A DNA stretch of 64,000 nucleotides from Octopus vulgaris (Eukaryota), in contig OX597836.1 of NCBI GenBank assembly GCA_951406725.2, positions 10,540,001 to 10,604,000 of the forward strand, written 5' to 3'. Below the pieces are notes generated by a model that saw only the letters and a list, made by a program, of their open reading frames with translations, did no database searches and was not told the origin of the DNA. Shown here piece by piece: positions 27,408 through 42,641 of this stretch; position 1 is the stretch's first letter; each line of letters opens with the position of its first letter. The translations under genes and the position numbers were made by a program.

Positions 27408-27730
27408 GTATATGCATACATAACGTCGCTGGTAGTGACTCGGAAGTTTCAGTCAGTTAAACCATCGTCAACCGAAACTCCGAAGTCACTGTCAACAGTT
27501 TTCTTGCATAAAAATAACACATTTGTACTCTACAAAAGTAACACATCAGATAAAAATTGTTTTTATTATAACTGAGCATAAAAAAACAAACATTTATTTA
27601 TTAATCATATACATACATACATATACATATATATATATATCTTCTTTCCTGAGCGTCAAATAATACTTTAATTGTTCCACGTCCTCGCGTTGCTGTGTTT
27701 TTTTCTGTGTTTTCTTGTTTGGATTAACTA

Positions 27731-27802
<72 letters not shown>

Positions 27803-27832
27803 TTATATATATATATTTATATATATGTATAT

Positions 27833-27880
<48 letters not shown>

Positions 27881-28119
27881 ACACATATATATACATACAC
27901 ACACACACGCACACACACAAACTCAAACGTACACGCACACACATTGCTATCGTTGCTAATTTTACTGCAGCTCTCATCTGTTAATTTATCTATGTCACTG
28001 AAGCAGATCGGCTGAAAGCAACTCGCTATATTTTAAGTAATTGACACGAATATGTATATATATTTATATATATATATATATACGCCCCCGCACAGGCACA
28101 TACACATGCACACAAACAT

Positions 28120-28161
<42 letters not shown>

Positions 28162-28289
28162 ACACACACCTACATCTCTTTCTTCACCCACAGTTGCACA
28201 GCACATCTGTACCTTCGGATGTCTGCCTGTCTGTCTATCTAGCTATCTGTCTGTCTGTCTGTCGGTTTGTTTATTTGTCCGTTTGTCTG

Positions 28290-28730
<441 letters not shown>

Positions 28731-28978
28731 TGTCTCTTTTACTTCTTTGGATCATTGGACTGCGGCCATGTTGCAGGTATCGCATTGAAGTATGTTTTAG
28801 ATGAAAGAATTGACCCCAGTAACTATATTCTAAGCCCAGCAATTATTCTGTCGCGTCTTTCGATGAACCGCTAAGTTACGGGGCGCAAAGCAACCCTCAC
28901 CCAAAGTGAAGGAGTGATGGCATGCAAACAGAAGTAAAAATGCGTATAAATATATACGCACATGAATACATACAGACG

Positions 28979-29017
<39 letters not shown>

Positions 29018-29139
29018 CAAAAATTTTGATTCAAATGAATATGGTACTTAATTTAGATGCACCAGAATTCTGTGTGGTGTTATCCATAAAAATCCGTGGG
29101 GTGATTATAATCAAAATAAGCAACAAGAACGACTCCGGT

Positions 29140-29231
29140 AATTTGGTACGATCGTTTCGTACTACATCATTTTATTAAATGTTGTAAGTATTACAACAGA
29201 TTTAAGATGCTGAGTACTCGTCAGCCAATTA
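29140..29231 (-). ncRNA. Type I hammerhead ribozyme (left arm of inverted duplication)
   Basis: Reverse complement of 29314-29406 with the core intact. Confidence 0.8.
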
Positions 29232-29313
29232 TAGAGGTTTTCCATTAATACAAATCAAGTGGCAACATTTTCAACATTGATTTGAAAACTTTTGTATTAA
29301 TGGAAAACCTCTA

Positions 29314-29406
29314 TAATTGGCTGACGAGTACTCAGCATCTTAAATCAGTTGTAATACTTACAACATTTAATAAAATGATGTAGTACGAAACGATCGTACC
29401 AAATTA
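29314..29406 (+). ncRNA. Type I hammerhead ribozyme
   Basis: UUGG CUGACGA GUACU [long hairpin] AGUAC GAAA CGAUC GUA|CCAA; palindromic stem III ACGAUCGU; predicted cut after 29398. Confidence 0.82.
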
Positions 29407-29434
29407 CCGGAGTCATTCTTGTTGCTTATTTTGA

Positions 29435-29509
<75 letters not shown>

Positions 29510-29796
29510 AATGAGGGTGAATAAAATTATAGATATTAATTCAATAATACCCTTATTTTAACACCAAGCGACCTAGCACAATAAACCGGGGATACAAATT
29601 CATATTTATCCGTAAATATTAGTACCGGTTGGAGCTATTTCTAGCACTAGAGTTAACATATTCAAAGTTGGCTCTCTAATATTTACGTATATATATATAT
29701 ATATATATATATATACCAGGTGGTGCTATTAAGTTAGACATGGCCTGGGCCAATAATGGCCGAATCCGATCAAAGTATCAAAGTATATATATGTAA

Positions 29797-29842
<46 letters not shown>

Positions 29843-30015
29843 TTTTACTCTTTTACTTGTTTCAGTCATTTGACTGTGGCCATGCTTGAGCATCGCCTTT
29901 AGTCAAGTAAATCGACCCCTGGACTTATTCTTTGGAAGCCTAGTACTTATTCTATCGAGCACTTTTTCTGAACCGTAAACACATCAGCATCGGTTGTCAA
30001 GCGATGTTGGGTGGA

Positions 30016-30019
<4 letters not shown>

Positions 30020-30096
<77 letters not shown>

Positions 30097-30107
30097 ACAC
30101 ACATACA

Positions 30108-30141
<34 letters not shown>

Positions 30142-30740
30142 ACCACCACCACCAACAACAACAACAGCACTATTACAAACACCACTACCATCACCGCCAC
30201 CACCATCACCACCATAACCAGCTCCACCACCACCACCACCACATTCCACCACCACCACCTCTACCACCACCAGTATCACCATAACCACCACCACCACCAT
30301 CACCACGACCACCACCATAACTACCACCACTGCCACCGCCACCACCACTACTACCACCACCAGCACCACCAGCACCGCCACCACTAGCGCCCCGCCGCCA
30401 CCACCACCACAACCACCACCACCACCGTCACAACCGCCATCACCACACCACCACCACCAAAGCCGCCCGAACTGCCACAACCGCTACTACCACCACAACC
30501 ACAACCACCACCACCACCACCACCACCACCGCCATCACCGCCATCACCACACCACCACCGCCGACGCAACTGCCAAAACTGAAACCGCCACCACCACCAC
30601 CACCACCGCCACCGCCACCACCCGAAACCGCCACCACCACCACCACCACCACTACCGCCACCACAACCAACACATCCACCGACACACCCGCCGCAACTGC
30701 CACAACGGCAACCGCTACAACCACCGTCGACCCCACCCAA
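30020..30740. repeat. (CA)n then (ACC)n-rich low complexity
   Basis: Seen directly. Confidence 0.9.
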
Positions 30741-31137
30741 AACACAACAACCTGTATTTTTACTTTCCCTGTGATACGCTGCTTGCTTTATTCTCTAATA
30801 ATAATAAAAATAATAATAATAGAGAATAATGACAATAATAAATGATAGGCCAACAACATATAGTAATACTGAAAGTGGTTTCTGTTCAGTTTGGCCCACG
30901 TAATATACAAACGTGGCGCGGATTGCGTTTGAAGGTATTTTCTCAGTTTTTATTTAATTCTGCTTTTTTTTATGTTCCATCAAACGGGGTTGGCTGGTGG
31001 AGGGCAAACGGACTGAGCCGAACATTTCACACATGTAAACAAAACTGCTTTTAGGACTATATAACATGCGTGTGTGTGTGTTTGTGTTTGTTTGTTTTTG
31101 TTTTGTGTGTGTGTGTATGTGTGTGTTTGTGTGTGTA

Positions 31138-31443
<306 letters not shown>

Positions 31444-31522
31444 GTATATAAATATTAGAAAACTCTTTTTGTGTATGCATGTACGTGAGCGTGCGTTTGT
31501 GTGTGTGTTTATATTTGTACAT

Positions 31523-31577
<55 letters not shown>

Positions 31578-31588
31578 ATCCAGTTAGC

Positions 31589-31642
31589 TCAAGACATCAT
31601 CAGGAGGAACAACGTCCAGTTTCGGCTCCGACTCCTCTACCG
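31589..31642 (-). ncRNA. Permuted hammerhead-like motif, family 3
   Basis: Minus strand CGGUA|GAGGAG UCGGAGCC GAAA CUG (7 nt) UUCCUC CUGAUGA UGUCUUGA. Confidence 0.55.
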
Positions 31643-32059
31643 TTTTGACGTGGCACTTTCGGGGGTGTCTTCAACTCTGGTATTGAGTGCATGTCTTCTT
31701 TCTTCTTCTTTCTTCTGTTCCCTGGCCCCTTCGATGTAGCGTCAACGAGTGTACCTTCGAAACACGCATTGAGTCGAAACAGGGGCAGCTGATGAAGGGG
31801 AATTTTCCTTGTATTGTTTGTCTTGTTCTCTGTTTTTTCGTTGTTAAAAAAAGTCCGTTTCCTTGTTTGATTTTATGTTTTCGTTTCTCGTTGTGTTCTA
31901 CGTTTATTTGTGGTGTCCTGTACTCATATATGCATGTATATATACATATAGATGTAGGTATGTACATATATGTATGTATGTATGCATTTGTTTTATTTAT
32001 TAAATTGTTATTATATATATATATATATATATATTATTATTATTATTATTATTATTATT

Positions 32060-32563
32060 GAGTGAGCGAGCAGAGCATGCCATCAAAGTGACACTGGGGT
32101 AAAATATACGAAGCCCAGTATACCCATCATGACTACCCGTCTGATAAGGGTACACCAGGCACATGCATCACAACCATATGTGCGCGACATGGTGATCTCA
32201 TATCAAGATAAACAGCACATGACCTTGCAGGTGGAGCCCAGTTAGAATTTTCTTCAGATCGAGTAACCCATCCTGCTCAAAAGGTCCCTGAATAAGGGTT
32301 GTTTAAGGACGTTGAACGAAACACCTATGTTTCCAGAGGTGAATTATTCAAACCCCAAAGAATCCTTCTCAACACATGGCTATGATGCTCCCCCACTACT
32401 TCTGCTCGTGATCAGAGATGCACATATCGTCAGCCACTAAGGGACATGCTCAACTGGCTAAGGTCAAACAACTGACAAGCAAATCTGTGGTATTGAGCAG
32501 AATATTTGCTGTATTATCTTTTATACCAAGACAAAACAATGTACATGATAACACTTCCAATCA

Positions 32564-32567
<4 letters not shown>
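32060..32567 (-). mobile_element. (TAA)n-targeted non-LTR element 3' portion (Dong/R4-like behaviour)
   Basis: Highly similar to 49539-50014 and 50077-50536; all share one precise end against (TTA)n and differ at the other end. Confidence 0.7.
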
Positions 32568-32605
<38 letters not shown>

Positions 32606-32633
32606 ATTGTTATTATTATTATTATTGTTATTA

Positions 32634-32698
<65 letters not shown>

Positions 32699-32751
32699 AT
32701 TATTATTATTATTATTATTATTATCATCATTATTATTATTATTATTATTAC

Positions 32752-32848
<97 letters not shown>

Positions 32849-32939
32849 TATTATTATCATATTATTATTATTATTATTATTATTATCATTATTATTACTA
32901 TTATTATTATCATCATTATTATTATTATTATTATTATTA

Positions 32940-32976
<37 letters not shown>

Positions 32977-32984
32977 CATCATCA

Positions 32985-33030
<46 letters not shown>

Positions 33031-33048
33031 CATCATCATCATTATTAT
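32565..33048. repeat. (TTA)n microsatellite
   Basis: Seen directly. Confidence 0.95.
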
Positions 33049-33358
33049 GCCGGAAGTTCTAAAGTGCAAACTCATAAATACCGAAATCTCTCTCGGAAAG
33101 AATAGAAGAGAGGATAAAGCTTCCATTCCATCATGAATTTACAAAATATCTCTTAAAAACGGATTTGAATATTCCCCGTTTCTCTCTCTCTCTGCGTTGC
33201 AAGCACAGAAGTACACAGTTGTTGCCTATGATAATACAAACGCCCGGCATTGTGTAAACATTAATACGAGTGCCTTGTCGCTTTGTTAGCGACCTTGCTG
33301 ACTGTTTATTCAAATGCCATTGTATAAGAAAGACTAGCAAAACAAACCAGACCTTCCG

Positions 33359-33408
<50 letters not shown>

Positions 33409-33429
33409 TCCCATCTCTCTATATATCTA

Positions 33430-33768
33430 TCTCTATATATAAAGCTGAAGTTGTCTGTGTATGGCAGGTTTGGTAGCCTTCAACTAACACTATCTCCTCC
33501 GAGACCCTGCGGCGCAAGTTGACCAAAATTGAGAGTATGACAGAAGAAGGCTTGCTCTTCCTTCCGTTGAAGAAAAAATTCAAATCGGGACCATGTTAAC
33601 ACCAATAATTATTTACATCAAAAAGGTGCTTTTTTACGATTTTTTTCAACCAGAAAAATTTTTACTTAAAGAGAATAACAAGCTACATAATGCAAAATTT
33701 TTACTTTTCAAAAATTCCAATTCTAAAGGGTCGATACAAACCCGGGAAACGCCGGGCGATACTGCTAG
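33430..33768 (+). mobile_element. Non-autonomous Helitron
   Basis: A|TCTCTATATATAAA start, subterminal hairpin CCCGG-GAAACG-CCGGG (33741-33756), CTAG|T end, no TSD. Confidence 0.8.
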
Positions 33769-33787
33769 TATATATATATATTCAAAA

Positions 33788-33991
33788 TGTGACCGCGTGT
33801 GTACCGTCGGCAATTTTTTTTCTTACGTCTTCCCTTCCCTGGATCTTTCCTTTTCCTATGTTTCCGACGAAGAGCTCCGCTCCAAACGTAAAACTTCTTC
33901 CCTTCCTTCCTGAGCGTCCAATAATACTATATTTGTTCCACGTCCTCGCGTTGTTGTGTTTTCTCTTTGTGTTTTCATGTTTGGATTAACT
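33788..33991 (+). mobile_element. Sister of the 31138 element; minimal hammerhead at 33860-33894 with a G12C change
   Basis: GUUU CCGACGA AGAGCUCCGCUC CAAA C GUA|AAAC. Confidence 0.65.
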
Positions 33992-34116
33992 TTATATATA
34001 TATATATATATTTCTCACTCCTATCTTTCTCAATCCGCCGCCCGCAGTCGAGTTAAGAGATTATGTTTTCGTCTTCTTAGCTTTCTGTATTTTTATGCTC
34101 TATATAAATATATTTG

Positions 34117-34153
<37 letters not shown>

Positions 34154-34283
34154 GTTCATGTATTTGTTTTTGCGAGATACTTGATGTGAAATCGCGTGTT
34201 GAAACATATCATTATACTTAGGGATGGTCCTCTTTTGCTAATTCAACATATGCACTGTATATATATTTGGCCTTCACTTCAGG

Positions 34284-34337
<54 letters not shown>

Positions 34338-34695
34338 TTTTAGTTTCTGTTAAAAAGGTCACGTGCGATAGGGAGTCGCTGAAGAGGTCACAAAATATGC
34401 TGACGAAAGATCTTTGAGAAAGAAACTAAAATAATAATAGCCTTTCTACGAAAGGGCACAAGGCCTGGAATTTTTGTGGGGGGTAGGGGTAGGGGACTAG
34501 CTGATTACATCGACCGCCCCCCCCCCCACTCTTTCACTGGTACTTATACTTTAAGTCTGATACTGTATTCTATCGGATCTTTAGCCGAACCGCTAAGTTA
34601 CAGGGGACGTAAACACATCAACAACGGTTGTCAAGCGGCGGTGGTGGACAAACACGAAGACACACACGCACACATACACATACATACATATATGC

Positions 34696-34776
<81 letters not shown>

Positions 34777-34993
34777 TATGCTCGACGGGCTTCTTCCAGT
34801 TTCTGTCTATCCAGTCAAAAGGCTGTAGTCGGCCCGAGGCTACAGCAAAAGGTGCCATGCAATGGCATTGAACCCAGGAACACGTTGTTGGGATGCAAGC
34901 TTCTTACCACACATCCACGCCTGCGCCTATACATATATATATGTATATATATATACATACATATATATATATATATATATACATATATATATG

Positions 34994-35024
<31 letters not shown>

Positions 35025-35080
35025 GTATATATATATATATGTGTCCAGCCGAAATGTGTTCATATATATGCAGACACGTA

Positions 35081-35146
<66 letters not shown>

Positions 35147-35451
35147 TCATGCTCGGAGCTAAGTGACCAACAAGTATTCCTGAACTGGACATGGGGGAAG
35201 GGGTCACGCAATATCCTTAAGCAAGGCATTTTATTTCACATTACTCCAACTGAACATATTAGCAACTCTCTCCCCGTCTCTTCTCCTCTCTCTCCCTCTC
35301 CCCTATCTCCCCACTCCCCACTCCCTCTCTCTCTACGTCAAACTCTCACATTCTGGAGGTGTAACTGGGTCAAGGTTAAGAATGAGGGAGTGGCATGTGG
35401 AGCGTCAATGATAGTGAAAGCATGTCAATCGTTTGCGGGTGACAGCTATTT

Positions 35452-35768
35452 GTATGTATGTATGTATGTATGTATGTATGTATGTATGTATGTATGTATG
35501 TATGTATGTATGCATGTATGTATGTATGTACGTATGTATGTATGTATGTATGTATGTATGTATGTATGTATGTATGTATGTATGTATGTATGTATGTATG
35601 TATGTATGTATGTATGTATGTATGTATGTATGTATGTATGTATGTATGTATGTATGTATGTATGTATGTATGTATGTATGTATGTATGTATGTATGTATG
35701 TATGTATGTATGTATGTATGTATGTATGTGTGTGTGTATGTATGTATGTATGTATGTATGTATGTATG

Positions 35769-35800
<32 letters not shown>

Positions 35801-36280
35801 TGTATGTATGTATGTGTGTATGTATGTATGTATGTATGTATGTATGTATGTGTGTGTATGTATGTATGTAAGTATGTATGTATGTATGTATGTATGTATG
35901 TATGTATGTATGTATGTATGTATGTATGTGTGTATGTATGTATGTATGTATGTGTGTGTGTTTGTATGTATGTAAGTATGTATGTATGTGTGTATGTATG
36001 TATGTATGTATGTGTATGTATGTATGTATGTGTGTATGTATGTATGTATGTATGTATGTGTGTGTATGTATGTATGTATGTATGTATGTATGTATGTGTG
36101 TATGTATGTATGTGTGTATGTGTTTGTATGTATGTATGTATGTATGTATGTATGTATGTGTGTGTGTATGTATGTATGTATGTATGTATGCATCTATGTA
36201 TGTATGTACGTATGTATGTATGTATGTACGTATGTATGTATGTATACATCTATGTATGTATATATGTATGTATGTGTGTA
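35452..36280. repeat. (TATG)n microsatellite, ~830 bp
   Basis: Seen directly. Confidence 0.97.
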
Positions 36281-36783
36281 TGTCTTCCTCTGTCTCTCTT
36301 CACTCGTTTGTCAGTCTGTCTGTCTTCCCCCCTCTCACTCTCACTCTATATATATATGTATATATATATAGTAGTAGAAATACAAATTACTCACCAACAT
36401 AATATGACAGTCCTGGTTGGGGCGTATACATATATATATATATATCACCGTGACCGACCAGACTATCAGATGTTGCTACACATCGCTGGTCACAATGCGT
36501 TTCGCATTGTTTTAGTCTTCAAATGACGCCACCCTGCTGGCTAAGCGAGCAGGCCAACAGAAGAAAGAGTCAGAGAAAGAGTGAGGCCGGAGCCTCGTGG
36601 AGCTTTTTTAGGTGTTTTCGCTCAATAAACACTCAACTCACAACGCCCGGTCTGGGAATCGAAACCGTGATCCTACGACTGCGAGTCCGCTGCCCTAACC
36701 ACTAGGCCATTGCGCCTCCACACACACACACACACATATATATGTGTGTGTGTGTGTGTATATATATGTATATATATGTGTGA

Positions 36784-36891
<108 letters not shown>

Positions 36892-37044
36892 TGTTTGTAG
36901 GCGCGTGGCTTAGTGGTTAGGGTGTCAGCGTCATGCTCGTAAGAATGTGGTTTCGATTCCTGGACCGGGCGACGCGTTGTGTTCTTGTGCAAAACACTTC
37001 ATTTCACGTTGCTCCAGTCCACTCAGCAGGCAAAAACGAGTAAC

Positions 37045-37525
37045 AGGAGAAACTCGGGGTGGAAAGCAGCAGCCAGCTGCTACTCCAGTTCTTCTGGGAG
37101 GAGCTCAAACCTTTTCGTGATGCCTGCCAATATCGCCTCTACCAGAGGACTGCAGTACAGATGTTTGGACTTGGCCCCTTTCCACTTCATGACGGTAGCC
37201 GCTACATTTGGCAGAAGGTTCCTGAGATAAACCTGGTCCTCCTCCCACTGGATTTCATCCAAGGCCTTGGCAACATTTGACATCACCTGGGCGTTCTCCC
37301 CGAGGAAGCCGACATCAGAATCAGTGAACGTCCGCAGCTTCAGCTGTGGCATCACCTGTGGGCAACTCCCCTATTCTTCTTCAGCAGGTTGTTGAGGACA
37401 ACAACAGAGATATAGGTAGAGCTCCATCTGGTACTGTTAGGGATCACCAGCCTCCTCTTCAACGCGTCCAGAATGCTGTCTGCCGCTACCATGCTGCGGC
37501 TTTGCAGATTCCACAGCCTTAAGCA
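37045..37525 (-). pseudogene. hAT transposase relic
   Basis: LWNLQSRSMVAADSILDALKRRLVIPNSTRWSSTY...(1-bp frameshift near 37355)...MSNVAKALDEIQWE...LVEAILAGITKRFE..*QLAAAFHP; contains the hAT TRW(N/S)S and A..(L/F)HP motifs. Confidence 0.85.
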
Positions 37526-38629
37526 AAATTTTTCAAGGGCCCTTAAAATATTATTGTGGATCCCCAATTTACTTTTTTGCCGTGTGGACCCCCTAAAATG
37601 AACCCCGGTTGAGAACCTCAGAGAGAAAAGAATACCTATTTCTTTATTACCCAGAAGGGGCTAAGCACAGAGTGGACAAACAAGGACGGACAAACGGATT
37701 AAGTCGATAATATCGACCCCAGTGCGTAGCTGGTACATATTTAATCGACACCGAAAGGATGAAAGGCAAAGTCGACCTCGGCGGAATTTGAACTCAGAAC
37801 GTACCGGCAGACGAAATACGGCTACGCATTTCGCCCGGCGTGCTAACGTATCTGCCAGAGAGAAAAGAATACCGACTACCTTAAAGGGTGGTGTTGAGGA
37901 AGCGATCCCCGTGATGGACTTCGCCGGTTGTCGGATTCGTAGAACAAGCGGCAACAGCTGTTCAATAATAATGATTTTTTGTTCCTACGAGGACAATATC
38001 ATAAGAAGGAAGATGAAAATAATAATAATAATAGCAATAATCAAAACATATAAAAACTCAAACCCCCGTTGAGATTTGAACGCAGGACTATCGTATTAAA
38101 TATCGTTAATTATTTATTTACTTCGGCGTTCTACCGTTTCCGCCATCGTTTCCTCTTCGGCAACCTTTAAGGCAAGAAGGTTACCTCCAAAGCTTCATGG
38201 GATATCTCAGTCGCCTTTATTTATCAGTAAATTGTTTTTCTTCGTTTCTGCCTTTGTTTCAGATTCTAGATTGTTGTTCCGTTTCGTTTTATATCGTTCT
38301 GCTTTCGTTTTTGGTTCTGTTTTTTTTTGCTTTTCTTTTTTGGTCTTAATGGCAGAAACTCCTGCAGAGTTGGCAGTTTTCCCAGCATGCCACGGGGCCA
38401 TTCAGTCTATGTAGGAATATATCTCAACGGTAGCTCCTTCTATTTGATTAAACTGATAAATCTTTCCTCTTCCGCCCTATAATCGCTTATAATTGCTTCT
38501 TTACTGGAGTGTCCATATGTCTAAACATACCAGTGGCAGGCGCGCAGACACAAACGGACAGGAAAACACACACACGTGTAAACCCATGCTTTTATACCCA
38601 TACAACATACACGCATGAAAGGCCTTATT

Positions 38630-38683
<54 letters not shown>

Positions 38684-38756
38684 TAAATTGTATATAATAA
38701 ATAAATTAGATAATTAAATGGAAAGTATTTCTAAATAAAAATAACAACAGTCGTCA

Positions 38757-39415
<659 letters not shown>

Positions 39416-39722
39416 CCCTTTCTCTCCCTCTCCCCCCATACGCAAACACCTACATGTGTCTTCTTCATCACTGTGTATGTCTCTCTCTTTCCCTTCTTCT
39501 ATCTCTCTTTACACACACACGCATGCGCGCGCACACACACACACACGTATAAACAAGTGTGTGTTTGTGTGTGTGTATGTGTGTGTAAACGAAACACACA
39601 CATATGCAAATTGCAATGCAGTATGCACGACTGATGTATATACAAGTATTTAATTATATAACCATACCTCAGTCTATTTTCAATCCGGCGTGTATACCTA
39701 CCTACCTACCTACCTACCTATA

Positions 39723-39795
<73 letters not shown>

Positions 39796-39832
39796 TATAT
39801 ATATATATATACATATAAGAGAACAAAGTGTA

Positions 39833-39999
39833 CGTGGCTGTGTGGTAAGTAGCTTGCTTACCAACCACATGGTTCCGGGTTCAGTCCCACTGCGTGGCAC
39901 CTTGAGCAAGTGTCTTCTACTATAGCCTCGGGCCGACCAAAGCCTTGTGAGTGGATTTGGTAGACGGAAACTGAAAGAAGACCGTCGTATATATGTATG

Positions 40000-40030
<31 letters not shown>

Positions 40031-40240
40031 ATGTGTTTGTGTTTGTCCCCCTAGCATTGTTTGACAACCGATGCTGGTGTGTTTATGTCCCCGTCACTTA
40101 GCGGTTCGGCAAAAGAGACCGATAGAATAAGTACTGGGCTTACAAAAGAATAAGTCCCGGGGTCGAGTTGCTCGATTAAAGGCGGTGCTCCAGCATGGCC
40201 GCAGTCAAAATGACTGAAACAAGGAAAAGAGAAAAGAGAG
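39833..40240 (+). mobile_element. SINE family A
   Basis: Homology to 431-795. Confidence 0.88.
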
Positions 40241-40358
40241 AATATATATAAGATGCAAAATGGGACAAGAAGCAAAACATCCGGTGATACAAAAAGGGAC
40301 AGCAAAACATCCAGATAGACGATACAAAAAACAAGGACGGGTCATTCGAAGCTTTCTA

Positions 40359-40415
40359 TCCTCAGTCAAGAACCGGATCATCCTCGCAATTTCGGTTGAC
40401 TAATCTTGAAATTGC
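40359..40415 (-). ncRNA. Permuted hammerhead-like motif, family 1 copy 3
   Basis: Minus strand GCAAUU|UCAAGA UUAGUCAACC GAAA UUGC (14 nt) UCUUGA CUGAGGA. Confidence 0.55.
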
Positions 40416-40730
40416 TCCAATCTGGCCAGCCCCAAGGAAAAACAAAGCTAAGAGCATTAGATACCTTGGAAGAAAGCACCGCTCAGTGACTAAAGAAAAT
40501 AGTCTAATAATGGGTCACATAAGCCCTCGACAGAAAAAAAGTACGTTTTTTCTGTACGCGTGGGACTCGAACCCACACTCCCATGTAGCAGGCTTGAGCA
40601 CTTGTGAAGATCTCTTCATATCAAAACATTGGTTGCCTTGTTAATTCATAAATGAAGTACACTCTCTCTGTCTATCTGTCTGTCTGTCTGTCTATCTCTC
40701 TCATACACCCCACTCGCATACATATACATG

Positions 40731-40762
<32 letters not shown>

Positions 40763-40763
40763 C

Positions 40764-40830
<67 letters not shown>

Positions 40831-41258
40831 ATAGATAGATAGATAGAGAGAGAGAGAGAAAGAAAGAAAGAGAGGGAGGGAGAGAGGCTTATAGATAACA
40901 AAAAGTTTATCTCGAAGGAATAACCTCAATCTTTGCGGTTTCTTCCTTTTGATTCGCCTTCATTCACGTATCTTCGCAAATATGTTATACATGGATATGA
41001 TAAGAACTATGTCGTACCACAGAAATGGTGAGAGATACCTCAGCTTTTTCTAGAATGAAATTATAAACAACTGGTATCAAGGTTAGATTCTGGCATTTAT
41101 GCTCGGTTGATAAATTGTCTTCAGCCAACCGTCTTTAGGCTGCTGTATCATTCCTATATTGAGTTGCGGTTCATGTTGGAGTTTAAACCTTCATAGCACT
41201 TATTGTGTGTATCTACTACTTAACGTCATTAAATGTGTTATTACTTGATTTCTATATG

Positions 41259-41336
<78 letters not shown>

Positions 41337-41487
41337 TGTGTGTTTATGTATATGTATACTTCCGGACCACATGATTCTGGGTTCACTCCCACTGCGTGAC
41401 ACCCTGGCCAAGTGTCTTCTACTATAGCCTCGGGCCGACCAAAACCTTGTGAGTAGATTTGGTAAACTGAAAAGAAGCCCTTCGTAT

Positions 41488-41530
<43 letters not shown>

Positions 41531-42027
41531 TTGTGTGTGTGTGTGTGTGTGTGAATGTGTGTGTTTATGTATATGTATACTTCCGGACCACATGATTCTG
41601 GGTTCACTCCACTGCGTGACACCCTGGCCAAGTGTCTTCTACTATAGCCTCGGGCCGACCAAAACCTTGTGAGTAGATTTGGTAAACTGAAAAGAAGCCC
41701 TTCGTATGTGTATGTGTGTGTGTGTGTGTGTGTATTTCTGTGTGTGTGTGTGTGTGTGTTTTCAGTTTCCGTCTACCGAATCCACTCACAAGGCTTTGGT
41801 CGGTTTGAGGATATGGTAGAAGACACTTGCCCAAGATGCCACGCAGTGGGACTGAACCCGGAACCATGTGGTTGGTAAGCAAGCTTCTAACCTCATACCC
41901 TCTCCAGCGCCTGGAAAGAAAGCAGACCAGCCGCCGGATGCCGAATGTATGTATGTATGTATGTATGTATGTATGTATGTATGTATGTATGTATGTATGT
42001 ATGTATGTATGTATGTATGTCTATGTG

Positions 42028-42098
<71 letters not shown>

Positions 42099-42381
42099 TG
42101 ACTATCATATCGAACATGTTCTTGATGTTCCAGCTACTTGTATGTATCACCAGTTTTTTACACTTCTGCGTACATAAACAATAAGGTGTTCTTATATCTT
42201 CTGTCTTTGCAGGTCCACTGATGAAGGAATCGCGTCCCCCTATATTTCCATGAAACCCTGACTCCTAGAATCACGCTTGTTGCTGGAGAAGCCCTACAAT
42301 ATATTATGTATGTAACTATATTTTAATTTTCATGCATCTGTTTCATTCGTTTTGGTTGTACTTACATATTATCGTTGTGCC

Positions 42382-42641
42382 GTGGAGGCGCGTGGCTTAG
42401 TGGTTAGGGTGTCAGCATTATGATCGTCAGATTGTGGTTTCGATTCCTGGACCGGGCGACGCGTTGTGTTCTTGAGCAGAACACTTCATTTCACGTTGCT
42501 CCAGTCCACTCAGCTGGCAAAAGTGAGTAACGCTGCGATGGACTGGCGTCCGGTCCAGCTGGGGAACACATAGGCCACAGAAACCGGGAAACCGGGCCCA
42601 TGAGCCTGGCTAGGCTTTAAAAGGGCGCATTTTTAAAAATT
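42382..42641 (+). mobile_element. SINE family C, full length with degenerate TSD
   Basis: A box TGGCTTAGTGG, B box GTTTCGATTCC; flanks ATATTATCGTTGTGCC (42366) and ATATTATCGTCGTACC (42642). Confidence 0.85.

Noticed and set aside
27434-27490. Imperfect palindrome with UUGACGA..GAAAC..GUC on the minus strand
   Set aside because: Core mutated, no stem I, single copy; cannot be supported as a hammerhead
34862-36526. 554-aa ORF
   Set aside because: Stop-free (TA)n, (CA)n and (TATG)n tracts plus SINE sequence
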